Both the position numbers and the translations under genes were made by a program. The notes under the pieces are model-generated. The model searched no databases, was not told the origin of the DNA, and worked only from the letters and a program-made list of their open reading frames with translations. A stretch of 64,000 nt of DNA from NCBI GenBank assembly GCA_965213975.1, contig OZ243930.1, positions 2,166,390-2,230,389 on the forward strand, read 5' to 3'. Shown here piece by piece: positions 17,212 through 27,760 of this stretch (its first letter is position 1; each line of letters opens with the position of its first letter). The stretch is from Candidatus Spongiisociaceae bacterium (GTDB taxonomy: Bacteria > Actinomycetota > Acidimicrobiia > Spongiisociales > Spongiisociaceae).

Positions 17212-18980
17212 GAACCGGTGGGCACGTTGACCACGGCAAGTCCACCCTGGTTCATGCGCTGACCGGACGCGATCCAGATCGCTGGAAGGAAGAAAAAGAT
17301 CGCGGCCTCACGATTGATCTGGGTTTTGCCTGGACGAACCTGGGAGGTCAGGAGGTCTCCTTCGTCGACGTGCCCGGGCACGAGCGATTCATCAAGAACA
17401 TGCTCGCCGGGAGTGGCGGCTTCGATGTGGCTTTGCTGGTCGTGGCCGCCGACGAGGGCTGGATGCCCCAATCCGAGGAGCACGTCGCCGTATTTGACCT
17501 GCTTGAGACCCGAAGTGGGGTAGTGGCCTTGACCAAGATCGACAAGGCCGATGCCGACCTGATCGAGTTAGCGGGCCTGGAAGTAGAAGAGCGCCTAGCC
17601 GGCACCTCTCTGGAAGGATGCCCCATAGTGGGGGTTTCAGCCCAGACCGGAGAAGGACTCGAACGGCTGGAGGCGGTCCTGGCGGAGGCGATAACCCGCG
17701 CTCCCGACCGGAGCCGTTCGCCGAGTCGGCTATGGGTAGACAGGGTCTTTCCGATGGCGGGAGCGGGAACGGTCGTTACCGGAACCCTGGCGGGGGGCAC
17801 CATCGAGCTTGGCGACGAGTTTGAGGTACATCCGGGTGGTATCCGCGGACGGATTCGATCTCTCCAGGCCCACGAGACCTCACGGAGTCGGGTAACCGCG
17901 GGCACCCGGACGGCGGCGAGTATCGCCGGGCTCGATCGCTCCAAGGTCGGCCGGGGATCCATGCTGGGCCGACCCGGGGAATGGATACCGAGCGATCGCC
18001 TCCTAGTGAAGCTTCGTCGGGCTCGCTACGTCGCCGACCCCTTGTCCCGACGGGGTGCCTACCAAATGCACCTGGGAAGTGGGGCCTGGCCGGTGCGTTT
18101 GGTGACCGTCGGCGACGACGGTGAGGCCACCGTCGGCATACTGCGATCGGAGCAGCCGATCCCGGTGCAGATGGGCGATCGTCTCATACTCCGCGATGTG
18201 GGAAGACGGCTGATCGTGGCGGGAGGTCAGGTCCTCGATCCGGTGGCACCGCGCAAGGGTCGGGAGGCGAGGCGGGCGGCGGCTCTTCTCGGTTCGGCAT
18301 TAGCTGCTGATAGCGACGGTCGAGCTGATGCCCTCCTCGAGTGGCGGGGCATATCGTCGCCGACGACCTTGGCGGCCCATTCCGGAGGCGGTCGGCCACA
18401 TGGCGGTCTGAAGGCCGGCGGCCTGCTGCTGAGCCTGGCTTATGCTCGTAAGTTGTCGGCCGAAGCCGAGAAGATCGTCGAAGATTTCCATCGCGATCAT
18501 CCTCTCCGCCCGGGCATGCCGAAGGCCAGTCTGGCGAGTGGGCTCGGAGTAGACGTAGACGTGTTGGACGAGTTGATAGCGATCACGGACGGCCTTGGCC
18601 ACCAAGAGGCAACGGTGGCTAGAGCCAATTTCTCTCCCCGACTCAGCGAATCCGAGGAAATGACCTGGGCACAGACTCGGGATATGCTCGCCAGTTCTGG
18701 ACCGCAGGTTCCCACCCTCAAAGAGTTGGATATTGATCCCGAGTTGCTGCACGCTCTGTTAAGAGAAGGTCGCCTGGTGCGCATCTCGAACGAACTGGCG
18801 TACCTGCCCGAGCAGGCGGATGATCTGGTTGATCGTATGCAGCGCCTTGCGGACGGCTTCACGGTCGCCGACTTCCGTGATGCCACCGGACTCACCCGTA
18901 AGTACGCGGTTCCTTTCCTTGAGTGGAGCGATGACGCCGGGCTGACGACCCGTGACGGGAGTACCCGCTCCTTCAACTGA
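17199..18980 (+). CDS. selB: Selenocysteine-specific translation elongation factor
   Basis: The N-terminal GTPase reads GHVDHGKSTLVHALTG...DRGLTIDLGF.... C-terminal winged-helix domains follow. The gene overlaps the selA end by 13 nt. Confidence 0.9.
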   Translation: MPVVGTGGHVDHGKSTLVHALTGRDPDRWKEEKDRGLTIDLGFAWTNLGGQEVSFVDVPGHERFIKNMLAGSGGFDVALLVVAADEGWMPQSEEHVAVFDLLETRSGVVALTKIDKADADLIELAGLEVEERLAGTSLEGCPIVGVSAQTGEGLERLEAVLAEAITRAPDRSRSPSRLWVDRVFPMAGAGTVVTGTLAGGTIELGDEFEVHPGGIRGRIRSLQAHETSRSRVTAGTRTAASIAGLDRSKVGRGSMLGRPGEWIPSDRLLVKLRRARYVADPLSRRGAYQMHLGSGAWPVRLVTVGDDGEATVGILRSEQPIPVQMGDRLILRDVGRRLIVAGGQVLDPVAPRKGREARRAAALLGSALAADSDGRADALLEWRGISSPTTLAAHSGGGRPHGGLKAGGLLLSLAYARKLSAEAEKIVEDFHRDHPLRPGMPKASLASGLGVDVDVLDELIAITDGLGHQEATVARANFSPRLSESEEMTWAQTRDMLASSGPQVPTLKELDIDPELLHALLREGRLVRISNELAYLPEQADDLVDRMQRLADGFTVADFRDATGLTRKYAVPFLEWSDDAGLTTRDGSTRSFN

Positions 18981-19213
18981 GCAAGAAAATCAAAGGACTC
19001 GAGGGAGTGAGGGACAGCAACCGGGCACAAGACGCCCTGCGGTGGGCAAGGAACCAGACAAAAGCCCCACCGACCGAGCCAACTTCGGTCTAGCAGCTAC
19101 GTCCGCTCACCACTGACAACTGCAACCAAATGGCGTGGCGGAGGGTTTCGGGATCGGTCGAAGTCCCAGCTGGCAACTGGCAACTGGCAACTGGCCCAGG
19201 GTTACAGCAGAGT

Positions 19214-19237
19214 CGGTCAGCGGCTGTAGCCGCTGAC
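19214..19237. terminator. Perfect 11-bp-stem hairpin (CGGTCAGCGGC-TGTA-GCCGCTGACCG) overlapping the whiB stop codon; probable intrinsic terminator or RNA-stability element
   Basis: The inverted repeat is seen directly. It lies between convergent selB and whiB. There is no U-tract, which is common in high-GC genomes. Confidence 0.4.
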
Positions 19238-19489
19238 CGAGATCAACTCCCGACGTTCCGCCTCCGTGTACCCGCCCCATATGCCGAAGGGCTCTCGGAT
19301 GGTCAGCGCATAGTCGAGGCACTCTTGACGGACCGAACAGGCCCGACATACCGCCCGGGCCCTGGCCTCCCGCCGTTCTCGTTCGTCCTTCCGTTCAAAG
19401 GTGCTCGGGGGGAAGAACAAGTGAGAGTACTGCGTGCGACATCTTGCATGTAGATGCCATGAATCGTCATAGTCCATGGTGTTGGACAT
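19217..19489 (-). CDS. whiB: WhiB-family (Wbl) Fe-S transcriptional regulator
   Basis: The protein has four conserved Cys residues (C...CRACSVRQECLDYAL) and the motif GIWGGYTEAERREL. Confidence 0.85.
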   Translation of the reverse strand: MSNTMDYDDSWHLHARCRTQYSHLFFPPSTFERKDERERREARARAVCRACSVRQECLDYALTIREPFGIWGGYTEAERRELISVSGYSR

Positions 19490-19604
19490 TTCCTACTCCT
19501 CCTGCCAGCAGGAAACGTTATCAGCACGACCCCGCCCGGAGAAGAGAAGTTTTTCGCGTTCTTCTTCCGAAATGCGTCCGGGGTGGCTTAGGTCCCGGCC
19601 AACC

Positions 19605-20864
19605 TCAATCGGGGCTGTTCCGCGGCTCCACTTCCAGGATCGCCCCATCTACGGCCAGAACCATGACCTCATCTCCGGGAACCAGCTTGGCTTCGCGATG
19701 GGCGGTGGCTCCCCACCGGGCACCTTCGAGCTCCACCACACCGTCCGGGTTGAAGACACTCACCGCCTGCCCCAAGCGACCCTTGAGGAAATCCCTACCT
19801 ATGGTCGGCGTGGAGAAACGAGCCCGGGCAACCGTCCGTATCCCCACCACGTAGAAGGCGGTAACCGACACCACGATCACCAGGACAATCCACCAGGACG
19901 GTCTGATCTGAGGTGCCGCATCGGTGAAGTACAGACCGCCTGCGAACATCGCCGACGCGCCAAGGGCCGTAAGAGGCCCAGTCGTTCCACGCTGAAAATC
20001 AACCGTGAGTAGCCAAAGCCCCATGAGCGCCAGCCCCACCGCCCAACCCCGAAGCGGGAGAACGATGAGCCCGTAGGAACCGATGAGCAACATGAGCGCA
20101 CCTACCCCGGCCGCAATCCCCGGGCCTAGGGAATAGAACTCGAAAGCCACCACGGCCAGTCCCACCATCAACAGGAAAAAGGCGGCCTCGGCACCGGTGG
20201 AAGCCCGAAGCACGCTCACTCCCAAGGAGGGCTGGTAAAACACGGTCTGGACCGCAGTCAGCGATCCGTCATCGGTGCTCTCGACCGTGTGCAGGGTGGT
20301 CGGGACTCCCCGCACCGACACGGTCCGGCCGTCAAGCTCCACCAGCAGGTTGTGGATAGATGGTGCTACCAAGTCCACCAATCCCTCGATCGGTTCCCCG
20401 ACCTGCACCTGGGTGTCGCTCAGGTCGAGGAGCGGGTTGGTGCCTCCCGAGAGGGCACCATCATCACCCACCACCGCGGGTTCGGTGTAGCCGATCGTTG
20501 CCCCGGGGGCTGCTGCCCGGATGGGAGCGGACATCAGCAGATGAGCCGCCCCACCAAGAGCGGAGGCCGGGGCCGGTCCCACCCAAACCACCAGCGGCAA
20601 CGGTGGATCGGCCATCCTTGCGGCCAGCTGGTAGAGATCGGCGGAGAGGGTGGCTCGGGAGTCAAGTTGGATCACGACAGCCATTGCTTTCGCTTGTGCG
20701 GCAGCATCTATTCGCTCAGCCAAGAAATCAAGGGCCATGTCCTCCAAGTTGCCGCCGATTTCAATGATCTCGATGTGCCCGCCGCCTTCCTGGCTGTGGG
20801 CAGGGCCGGACAGGCTCAAGAGGGTTGCGGCTATCAACAGGATGGGGAGGGAGCGAAGTCTCAT
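19605..20864 (-). CDS. NfeD-family membrane-bound ClpP-class serine protease
   Basis: The protein has a signal peptide and an N-terminal ClpP-like domain, followed by multiple TM helices. The C-terminal OB-fold reads ...GDEVMVLAVDGAILEVEP. No adjacent SPFH/stomatin partner is present. Confidence 0.75.
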   Translation of the reverse strand: MRLRSLPILLIAATLLSLSGPAHSQEGGGHIEIIEIGGNLEDMALDFLAERIDAAAQAKAMAVVIQLDSRATLSADLYQLAARMADPPLPLVVWVGPAPASALGGAAHLLMSAPIRAAAPGATIGYTEPAVVGDDGALSGGTNPLLDLSDTQVQVGEPIEGLVDLVAPSIHNLLVELDGRTVSVRGVPTTLHTVESTDDGSLTAVQTVFYQPSLGVSVLRASTGAEAAFFLLMVGLAVVAFEFYSLGPGIAAGVGALMLLIGSYGLIVLPLRGWAVGLALMGLWLLTVDFQRGTTGPLTALGASAMFAGGLYFTDAAPQIRPSWWIVLVIVVSVTAFYVVGIRTVARARFSTPTIGRDFLKGRLGQAVSVFNPDGVVELEGARWGATAHREAKLVPGDEVMVLAVDGAILEVEPRNSPD

Positions 20865-20956
20865 GACCAGCTCGATGTTAGATACGCCCTCGAGGATGGT
20901 TGCTGCTCAGCGGTTCGCATGAACCGTGACCTCCGTCACTCGCTACAGTTGATCTC

Positions 20957-21313
20957 ATGAGAGTGCTGTTGGTAGCTGATGCCTCCTGGGTGAGGAACCA
21001 GGTGATGAGCGCCTTGAGCGGTATCGCATCGGTGGTAGAAGTAGCTGACCCCTTCGCGGCGACCTCTCAAGGCGACGGAGTCGATCTCGCCATCGTCGAC
21101 ATGCAGGTCGGCACCATGGGGAGCATGGCGATCACTCGGGGCTTGAAGTCCACCCCGTCGTTCGACGGTGCCATCATTATCCTCCTCGATCGCGAGGCAG
21201 ACGCGTTTATCGCCAAGCGGGCCGGTGCCGACGCGTGGCTCACCAAACCCTTCAGCGCCCAGGCGCTCAGAGCCAAGCTGTCCGAGGTTTCATCGCTTCG
21301 GGCGGTCCGCTGA
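20957..21313 (+). CDS. Single-domain response regulator (CheY-like receiver)
   Basis: The protein begins MRVLLVADAS, contains ...DLAIVDMQ... and ...LTKPF (the conserved Asp and Lys positions), and is 118 aa long. Confidence 0.7.
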   Translation: MRVLLVADASWVRNQVMSALSGIASVVEVADPFAATSQGDGVDLAIVDMQVGTMGSMAITRGLKSTPSFDGAIIILLDREADAFIAKRAGADAWLTKPFSAQALRAKLSEVSSLRAVR

Positions 21314-21337
21314 TCCGCGACTCCTGATGTTTCCGGG

Positions 21338-22633
21338 ATGCTGGACCCCTATCACCTAACCCTCGTCGGCGTCTTCACTGCTTGTCTCTTCGCCTCCGGG
21401 TTCCTCTCAGGAAGCGAAACCGCGCTCACCGCCATTCCAAGAGAGAGGGTCGCCCAGTTGGCCACCGAGGGCAGAAGAGGGGAACGCCTCGCAGGGCTGG
21501 TCGACGATCTAGAGGGGTCAATCGGGGTGTTGCTGGTAGCCAACAACTTCGTCAACATTCTGGCCACCACCTCGGCTGCGGCCTTGGCCATATACCTGGT
21601 GGGGGACCGGCTGGGAGCGATCCTCTCCACGATCCTTGTCACCATAGCGGTGTTGATCATCGGCGAGGTCACCCCTAAGACCCTGGCTGCCAGATACCCG
21701 GAGCGTTACGGTATGGCCGTTGCCATCCCGGTATGGGCGCTGAAGGTGGTTCTCCGGCCTATAGCCCAGGTGTTCATCGGCTTGGGGCAGGGGATCATCA
21801 GGTTGTTCCGCCTCACGCCGATGAGTTCTACCGGTATCACGCCAGCTGACGTTCGAGCCTTGGCCGAGCTGGGCGAACGGGGCGGAGAGATCGAGCCCAC
21901 GGAACGCAAGATCATCGAGCGACTCTTCGAGACCGGCGATCAGCCGGTCCGCGAGGTCATGACCCCGCGTATGGAGATTATGTTCCTGACCCTGCCGGTG
22001 AGCGCGGCGGACGTGCGCGAGACGGTGGCTCGTACAGGGCACTCCCGATTTCCGGTGGTAGCGGACGAGCGCAATCCAGAGTCGGTTCGAGGGATTCTCT
22101 ATGCCAAGGACGTTCTCGGGCGAGCCTTGGAGCCCAGCAGCCACCAGATTGCCAAGCTGCTTCGTAGACCCTATTACGCGCCCGAAAGCGCCTCCGTAAG
22201 ACGAGTGATGGAGGACCTGCGGGAGAATCGCATCGGCCTTGCCATCGTCACCGACGAGCATGGTGGGGTGGACGGGTTGGTCACGATCAAGGACTTGGTC
22301 GGCGAGCTGGTGGGCGATCTCTGGGATGAGCACGATCCGGGTGTGCCCTCGATTCGACCGGCCGGAACCCGGGTCTGGGAAGCCGACGGCCGCACCCCCA
22401 TCGATGAACTCGAGGTTCTGACCGGGCTAGCGGTCCCTGACGGTCCCTATTCGACGATTGCCGGAATGTTGCTCAGCCTCTTCGGGAGGATCCCTAAGAC
22501 GGGCGACCATGTCACCTACGACGGGTTTCGCTTCACGGTGCTAGGTATGGATGAGCGCCGCATTGCGAAGGTCGGGGTCAAGGTGTCCGAAGTACGGCCA
22601 GCCATTCCAAGACCTTCCCGACCAGGGCCGTGA
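21338..22633 (+). CDS. CNNM/CorC-family transporter (DUF21-CBS pair-CorC_HlyC), hemolysin-family protein
   Basis: The protein has an N-terminal DUF21 TM domain (LSGSETALTA), tandem CBS domains and a C-terminal CorC_HlyC domain. Confidence 0.85.
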   Translation: MLDPYHLTLVGVFTACLFASGFLSGSETALTAIPRERVAQLATEGRRGERLAGLVDDLEGSIGVLLVANNFVNILATTSAAALAIYLVGDRLGAILSTILVTIAVLIIGEVTPKTLAARYPERYGMAVAIPVWALKVVLRPIAQVFIGLGQGIIRLFRLTPMSSTGITPADVRALAELGERGGEIEPTERKIIERLFETGDQPVREVMTPRMEIMFLTLPVSAADVRETVARTGHSRFPVVADERNPESVRGILYAKDVLGRALEPSSHQIAKLLRRPYYAPESASVRRVMEDLRENRIGLAIVTDEHGGVDGLVTIKDLVGELVGDLWDEHDPGVPSIRPAGTRVWEADGRTPIDELEVLTGLAVPDGPYSTIAGMLLSLFGRIPKTGDHVTYDGFRFTVLGMDERRIAKVGVKVSEVRPAIPRPSRPGP

Positions 22634-22849
22634 TCCGGATCCGTTCTCCCCGTACACAAGCCGCTAGAACAACGCATGACCCTCAGTCTGGCTATCGCGT
22701 AGCTTGGTGGTTCTCGGGGTCCCGCGATAACGAACAACCCTCATGGAGGGGCGTACCGGCCCTCGGCCGCCAACGGCTGAGCAGGGATTTCCTGTCCCAC
22801 CACCAGCCGCTCTTGGCCGATAACCGGCTATACTTTCGCACCTCTTACA

Positions 22850-22923
<74 letters not shown>

Positions 22924-22946
22924 CCCTCGTTAGCGTAGGCCGTGGC

Positions 22947-23963
22947 CTAGGCCAGCAACTCGGCGATTTGGACGGCGTTTAGCGCCGCCCCCTTGCGCAA
23001 ATTGTCTCCCACTACCCACAGGCTGATCCCCCCGGACCGTCCGATGGTGGGGCGGAGTCGAGAAGCCATCACTACATCCCGACCGGCAGAATCCAGCGGG
23101 GTGGCCACCCGTTCGTCTGACCAGACCTCAATGCCGGACGCCTCGGCAAGGACTACCCGGGCCGCAGAGACGTCTACCGGTGTGTCGAACCACATCGACG
23201 CGGCGATACCATGCCCCACCATCACCGGTACCCGAACGCAGGTCGGCTCGACCAAGATGTCGTCCCGCTCCAGGATTTTGTGGGACTCGTTGACCAACTT
23301 CCATTCCTCATCGGTATGCCCGGACTCTCCCATCGCGCCCGCTAGGGGCACAACGTTGAAGGCGATGGTCCGCTGAAAGGGACCACACTCCTGCTCTTCC
23401 CAGCCTCCTTCAACGATGGCGTCCCGTTGTTCCCTCAAGACCTCGGTCTGTTGCCAGAGGGTGTCCATGCCGGTCATCCCGGCACCGGACACAGACTGAT
23501 ACGAGGTTGCGGCAGCGCTGGCCAGACCAAACCGGCGATGAAGTGGCCCGGCCGCCATCATCAAGGTCATCGTGGTGCAGTTTGGGTTGGCGATGATGCC
23601 CCGATGTTGTCCGACGGCGTGATCGTTGACCCCGGCCACCACCAACGGAACCGTCGGGTCCATACGGAAGGCAGATGAGTTGTCAACCACCGTCGCTCCG
23701 GCCTCGGCGAACGCGGGCGCGTACTGTCTGCTTCGGGACGCACCGGCGGAGAACAGGGCTACGTCAATCCCGGTTGGGTCGGCGGAGGCCAGATCCTCCA
23801 CGGTTACCTCGCCCCATCGGGTGGTGATCGTACGTCCGGCGGACCGAGCCGAGGCCATCAGCCGCAGCCCGGCAAGAGGAAAGTCTCTCGCTTCCAGGAT
23901 CTCAAGCATGGTTCGGCCCACCGCGCCGGTGGCACCGATGATCGCTACCCGTGACTCAGGCAT
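22947..23963 (-). CDS. asd: Aspartate-semialdehyde dehydrogenase
   Basis: The protein begins [20 protein letters not shown]..., has an active-site Cys in the NPNCTT context, and is 338 aa long. Confidence 0.95.
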   Translation of the reverse strand: MPESRVAIIGATGAVGRTMLEILEARDFPLAGLRLMASARSAGRTITTRWGEVTVEDLASADPTGIDVALFSAGASRSRQYAPAFAEAGATVVDNSSAFRMDPTVPLVVAGVNDHAVGQHRGIIANPNCTTMTLMMAAGPLHRRFGLASAAATSYQSVSGAGMTGMDTLWQQTEVLREQRDAIVEGGWEEQECGPFQRTIAFNVVPLAGAMGESGHTDEEWKLVNESHKILERDDILVEPTCVRVPVMVGHGIAASMWFDTPVDVSAARVVLAEASGIEVWSDERVATPLDSAGRDVVMASRLRPTIGRSGGISLWVVGDNLRKGAALNAVQIAELLA

Positions 23964-25194
23964 TTGCCCCCACCTCCTCGGTGATCACCGGTGGCTCAAA
24001 CTCGGCGTGCAGGCAACGGACTGCGCTCTCCACCGCGTCGCGGGCGACCACGCAGGAGATCCGGATCGGGGAGGTCGAGATCATCTCGATGTTGATGCTG
24101 GCATCACCCAAGGCACGGAATACTCGGGCGGCAACCCCCGGTGTGGATCGCATCCCGGCACCTACCAGCGATACCTTGCCGACGTTACGGTCCACTGAGG
24201 TTCCCACCGCCCCGAGCCGTTTCACCAAGATTCCGGTGACTTGTCGAGCGGGGCCAGTATGCGCTTCTGGAACGGTAAAGCTGATGTCAGTGTGGCCATC
24301 TTCGGCGACGTTCTGCACGATCATGTCCACGTTCACTCGTGACTCTGCTAGTCGCTCGAAAATCTCGGCCGCTACGCCGGGCCGGTCGGGAACGCCGCGT
24401 AGGGTGACCTTCGCCTCAGAGGTGTCATGGGCAATACCGCTTATGATTGCTTCTTCCATCACCGTCTCCTTTACCCAGGTACCTTCGGCCTCCGAGAAAG
24501 AAGACCGGACATGGATAGGGGTGTTGAATTTTCTTCCCACCTCGACCGAGCGTGCCATGAGCACACCGGCCCCCCCGGCGGAGAGTTCCAGCATCTCGTC
24601 GAAGGAGACCTCATCTAGCTTGGAGGCATCGGGCACGACCCGTGGATCGGCGGTGTAGATGCCGTCCACGTCAGTGTAGATCTCGCATACCTGCGCCCGG
24701 TGTGCGGCGGCCAGCGCCACCGCTGTCGCATCAGATCCGCCCCGGCCTAGCGTGGTCACCTCCATCGAATCCGGGTTAACACCCTGGAATCCGGCGACGA
24801 TCACCGCCTTCCCCGCGCTTAACGCTTCGTCCACCCGTCCGCCCCGAATCTCGGTGATCTTGGCCTCGCCGTGAGCCGAGTCTGTCAAAATGCCAGCCTG
24901 AGTGCCAGTGAGGCTGACCGCCGGAATGCCCAGGTCATGGAGTGCCATGGCGAGAAGCGCCATGGAGATCCTCTCCCCGGCGGTGAGAAGCATGTCCATC
25001 TCTCGCGCTGGGGGACTCAGGCTCACCTGTTGAGCAAGGTTGATCAGATCGTCGGTTTGTTTGCCCATTGCTGATACCACGACGATCACGTCATGGCCGC
25101 TTGTGCGGGTGCGGGCCACCCTGGCGGCGACTCGCTTGATGCACTCGGAGTCGGCCACCGAGGTTCCGCCATACTTTTGGACAACCAGAGACAT
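23956..25194 (-). CDS. ask: Aspartate kinase
   Basis: The protein begins [26 protein letters not shown]...[14 protein letters not shown] and has C-terminal ACT domains. It overlaps asd by 8 nt. Confidence 0.95.
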   Translation of the reverse strand: MSLVVQKYGGTSVADSECIKRVAARVARTRTSGHDVIVVVSAMGKQTDDLINLAQQVSLSPPAREMDMLLTAGERISMALLAMALHDLGIPAVSLTGTQAGILTDSAHGEAKITEIRGGRVDEALSAGKAVIVAGFQGVNPDSMEVTTLGRGGSDATAVALAAAHRAQVCEIYTDVDGIYTADPRVVPDASKLDEVSFDEMLELSAGGAGVLMARSVEVGRKFNTPIHVRSSFSEAEGTWVKETVMEEAIISGIAHDTSEAKVTLRGVPDRPGVAAEIFERLAESRVNVDMIVQNVAEDGHTDISFTVPEAHTGPARQVTGILVKRLGAVGTSVDRNVGKVSLVGAGMRSTPGVAARVFRALGDASINIEMISTSPIRISCVVARDAVESAVRCLHAEFEPPVITEEVGANA

Positions 25195-25401
25195 GGCAAA
25201 GTATCCGGGGTGGAGAGTCGTTGTTCGGTCCGATTGGGTCGGTCAACCCTGTTTCTCGGTCATCCCATTCTATTGGGGTCCAAGCTTGACCTAGCCAGCG
25301 GCCTACAAGTGGCCCGTGGCCAGTCGGGATGGGGTGTTCCGGAAGTCCATTAGCCCGCTCAGTTCAGTTGCCGGTAGCCAGTGACCACCTAGACTGGAAG
25401 T

Positions 25402-25638
25402 ATGGGAAGCGAAAAGAGGGCTCGGCAGAGGGCCAACCGCCAGGCTCGCCGTGAAGAGGAGAAACGGGCGATTGCCCGGGCCAAATGGCGACGTCGGATC
25501 ATCACTTGGGGAACCGCAGCCGGGGCGCTGATCCTCATATTCGTGATCGGCAATTTGCTCACGGGAGGCGGCGGCAGTGTGGAGGATACCGTGGTGACCA
25601 CGGTGGCTCAGGTCACCGACACCACTTCGGCTTCTTAA
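25402..25638 (+). CDS. Small hypothetical membrane protein (basic N-terminus plus one TM helix)
   Basis: The protein (78 aa) reads MGSEKRARQRANRQARREEEKR...ITWGTAAGALILIFVIGNLL. It has no homology anchor. Confidence 0.4.
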   Translation: MGSEKRARQRANRQARREEEKRAIARAKWRRRIITWGTAAGALILIFVIGNLLTGGGGSVEDTVVTTVAQVTDTTSAS

Positions 25639-25933
25639 TCACGGCCAACTAGCGGTGCCGGTGGCGGCAATGGCCCTCGGGAACCTCAACCATCCGCGGC
25701 GAGCATGGATTCGAGGACAAACCGATCCACATCAGTGGAAGCGGCTATTGCGGAGTTGTATGGATGCGTAACGACCGGTCAGAAGATGGCGATTCCGGGG
25801 GTCCCTGGTTCTACGGGAGCACCGCGTATGGAATCCATCAGGGATACTGATATTACTTTCCGAAGGTCCGGGACGTCTTCACACCCGTAGATCATATCGA
25901 TGAAGCCTTGGGCGACTGGGAAGTAGCCACTTC

Positions 25934-27076
25934 ATGAACGGGCGCATTCCAAGCCTGGGCTCGCGGTTGAAGGGACGGGTGATTGACGGCTTGGCCTTTG
26001 CCGTCATTACCGGGGCTTTGGTTCTTTCGGGACAAGTCATCAAGTGTTGTGGCCGTACGGATTCGATTCCTCCGTTTTTCTATGCCGAGCTGTTACCTAT
26101 TCCCGCTGGTATCCCTGGCAATGGCTACTTCTACGTGGCCCACGCATTGTTCTGGTGGTTGCTGATCGTAGGGTTGATTCCGAGTCTTCTCGTGGAGGTG
26201 CCCATGGTCGCCCTGAACGGAGGAACCCTCGGAAAGATCATGGCCGGATCCAAGGTCATTCGGGTCAGCGACGGCGGCAAGCCCGGATGGTCAAGGTCAT
26301 TCATCAGATGGCTAGTCCTGTACGGCTTGATAGCGGTGCCCATCCTCGGGTGGTCCATACTCCTTTTGAACATCGCACGGTTGCGGCGCGATCCTGAACA
26401 CAGGGGCATCCACGACAGGCTCGCTGGCACCATGGTCCTCAAAGCACCTCCAGCAACCGGTGGTGCCAGCCAGATGGCCCAACTTGCTCCAGCTGTGGCG
26501 GACCGGCGGAGTCTGGCAGGTTGGCGGAGTCTGGCGTCGATGATCCTGCTTGGCTCCTGCACGACCAGCGTGGAGGTGTACTCCGCCGAGGTCTCCCGTG
26601 ACGACCTGAGACTGAGACTCACATTACAGACATGCAAGCCGTCTTCGGTGTCGGCCACCGTGAAGGATGTCGTATCCCATATCGAGGTAGCCGCCACAGC
26701 CTCCCCCGCCAGGCTACTGGGCGGCCCTGACTGTCAGCACCTAGTCATCGTCGCCCTACCCGAGCCGCTCGCTGGCCGCGATGTCTTCGACATATCAACT
26801 CGCCGGGCAGTACCAGTATCGCAGTCTTCCTGGTGGCCGTACGATCGGGAACGCTTCACAATGGCCGACTACGAGACGGCCCTAGCCGCGATGGTCGCCT
26901 GTCTCGAAGCTCGCGATCCAGAAATGCAGGCGGCGATCGTCGACGATCTCGACTGGCCCACCTACGAGTGGCACAAGGAACGGGATGAACGGGGCAACAT
27001 GTCGGCACCCGCCGTCGGGGAGTGGGCTAGCGAGCACTTGGAGCCCCTTAGGGTCGCGCCCGCCGACAACAGGTAG
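25934..27076 (+). CDS. RDD-family membrane protein with a C-terminal extracytoplasmic extension
   Basis: The N-terminal ~190 aa show RDD-domain topology (LKGRVIDGLAFAVITG... ; ...HRGIHDRLAGTMV). The C-terminal 180 aa have no recognised domain. Confidence 0.6.
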   Translation: MNGRIPSLGSRLKGRVIDGLAFAVITGALVLSGQVIKCCGRTDSIPPFFYAELLPIPAGIPGNGYFYVAHALFWWLLIVGLIPSLLVEVPMVALNGGTLGKIMAGSKVIRVSDGGKPGWSRSFIRWLVLYGLIAVPILGWSILLLNIARLRRDPEHRGIHDRLAGTMVLKAPPATGGASQMAQLAPAVADRRSLAGWRSLASMILLGSCTTSVEVYSAEVSRDDLRLRLTLQTCKPSSVSATVKDVVSHIEVAATASPARLLGGPDCQHLVIVALPEPLAGRDVFDISTRRAVPVSQSSWWPYDRERFTMADYETALAAMVACLEARDPEMQAAIVDDLDWPTYEWHKERDERGNMSAPAVGEWASEHLEPLRVAPADNR

Positions 27077-27127
27077 CATCCACGGGAAGTCGATGGCGAC
27101 CGCGTCGGCGGAGGGGTTGGTTTCAGC

Positions 27128-27760
27128 GTGGCAGCAGCAGAGGATCGCACGGCGAGAAGCCTTGCTGTTATAGCGACCCGCGCTCATTCTCGCTACACCA
27201 CCGTGGAGGCAGTGGCGACGGCCGCTCTGCGCGATGCGATCCTGACAGGAGTGTTCCGGCCCGGCCAGCGGCTGCGCCAGCAGCGCCTAGCCGAGGATCT
27301 GATGATGTCACGGATTCCGGTCGTCGGTGCTTTACGGGCGCTCGAGCAGGAGGGGTTGGTGACGCTGATTCCTCATCGCGGAGCGACCGTGCGGATCCTC
27401 AAACCCGCCGAAATCGAGGAGACCTATCAGCTTCGTATCCTCTTGGAGACCTTCGCGTTGCTCAAGACGTTCGGGCGTATCACCTCCCGGGAAACCGAAG
27501 AGCTAGCCGACCTCGCCTGCGAGATCGACGGAGCCGCTGATATAGTGTCACGGCTCCGGGCGAACGTAGGTCGCTACTGGCTGGGTCTCAGAGTGGTGCC
27601 CCACCATCATTCGGCGCATAGTGTGATCGTCGAAGCCATCCGTTCAGGCGACTACGCAAGGGCAGAACAGTGGATCACCGATCACCTCACCCGTGTATCA
27701 ACCGAACTACAGGAACGAATCAGGAACACCCACCGTGGACACTCCGCTGCGTCCGCATGA
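27128..27760 (+). CDS. GntR-family transcriptional regulator (FadR/FCD subfamily)
   Basis: The N-terminal winged HTH reads RLRQQRLAEDLMMSRIPVVGALRALEQEGLV. It is followed by an FCD-type helical C-terminal domain. Confidence 0.8.
   Translation: MAAAEDRTARSLAVIATRAHSRYTTVEAVATAALRDAILTGVFRPGQRLRQQRLAEDLMMSRIPVVGALRALEQEGLVTLIPHRGATVRILKPAEIEETYQLRILLETFALLKTFGRITSRETEELADLACEIDGAADIVSRLRANVGRYWLGLRVVPHHHSAHSVIVEAIRSGDYARAEQWITDHLTRVSTELQERIRNTHRGHSAASA

Noticed and set aside
19138-19264. Possible tRNA-Sec (selC) downstream of selB
   Set aside because: The terminal segments GCGGAGG…CCTCCGT pair like an acceptor stem. However, the intervening ~115 nt contain the (CAACTGG)3 repeat and an 11-bp hairpin. 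There is no D- or T-loop consensus and no UCA anticodon loop, and the length is incompatible with a tRNA.
25195-25400. Lysine riboswitch / regulatory leader upstream of ask
   Set aside because: No L-box core elements are recognisable in the minus-strand leader. It is probably an ordinary promoter or attenuator region.
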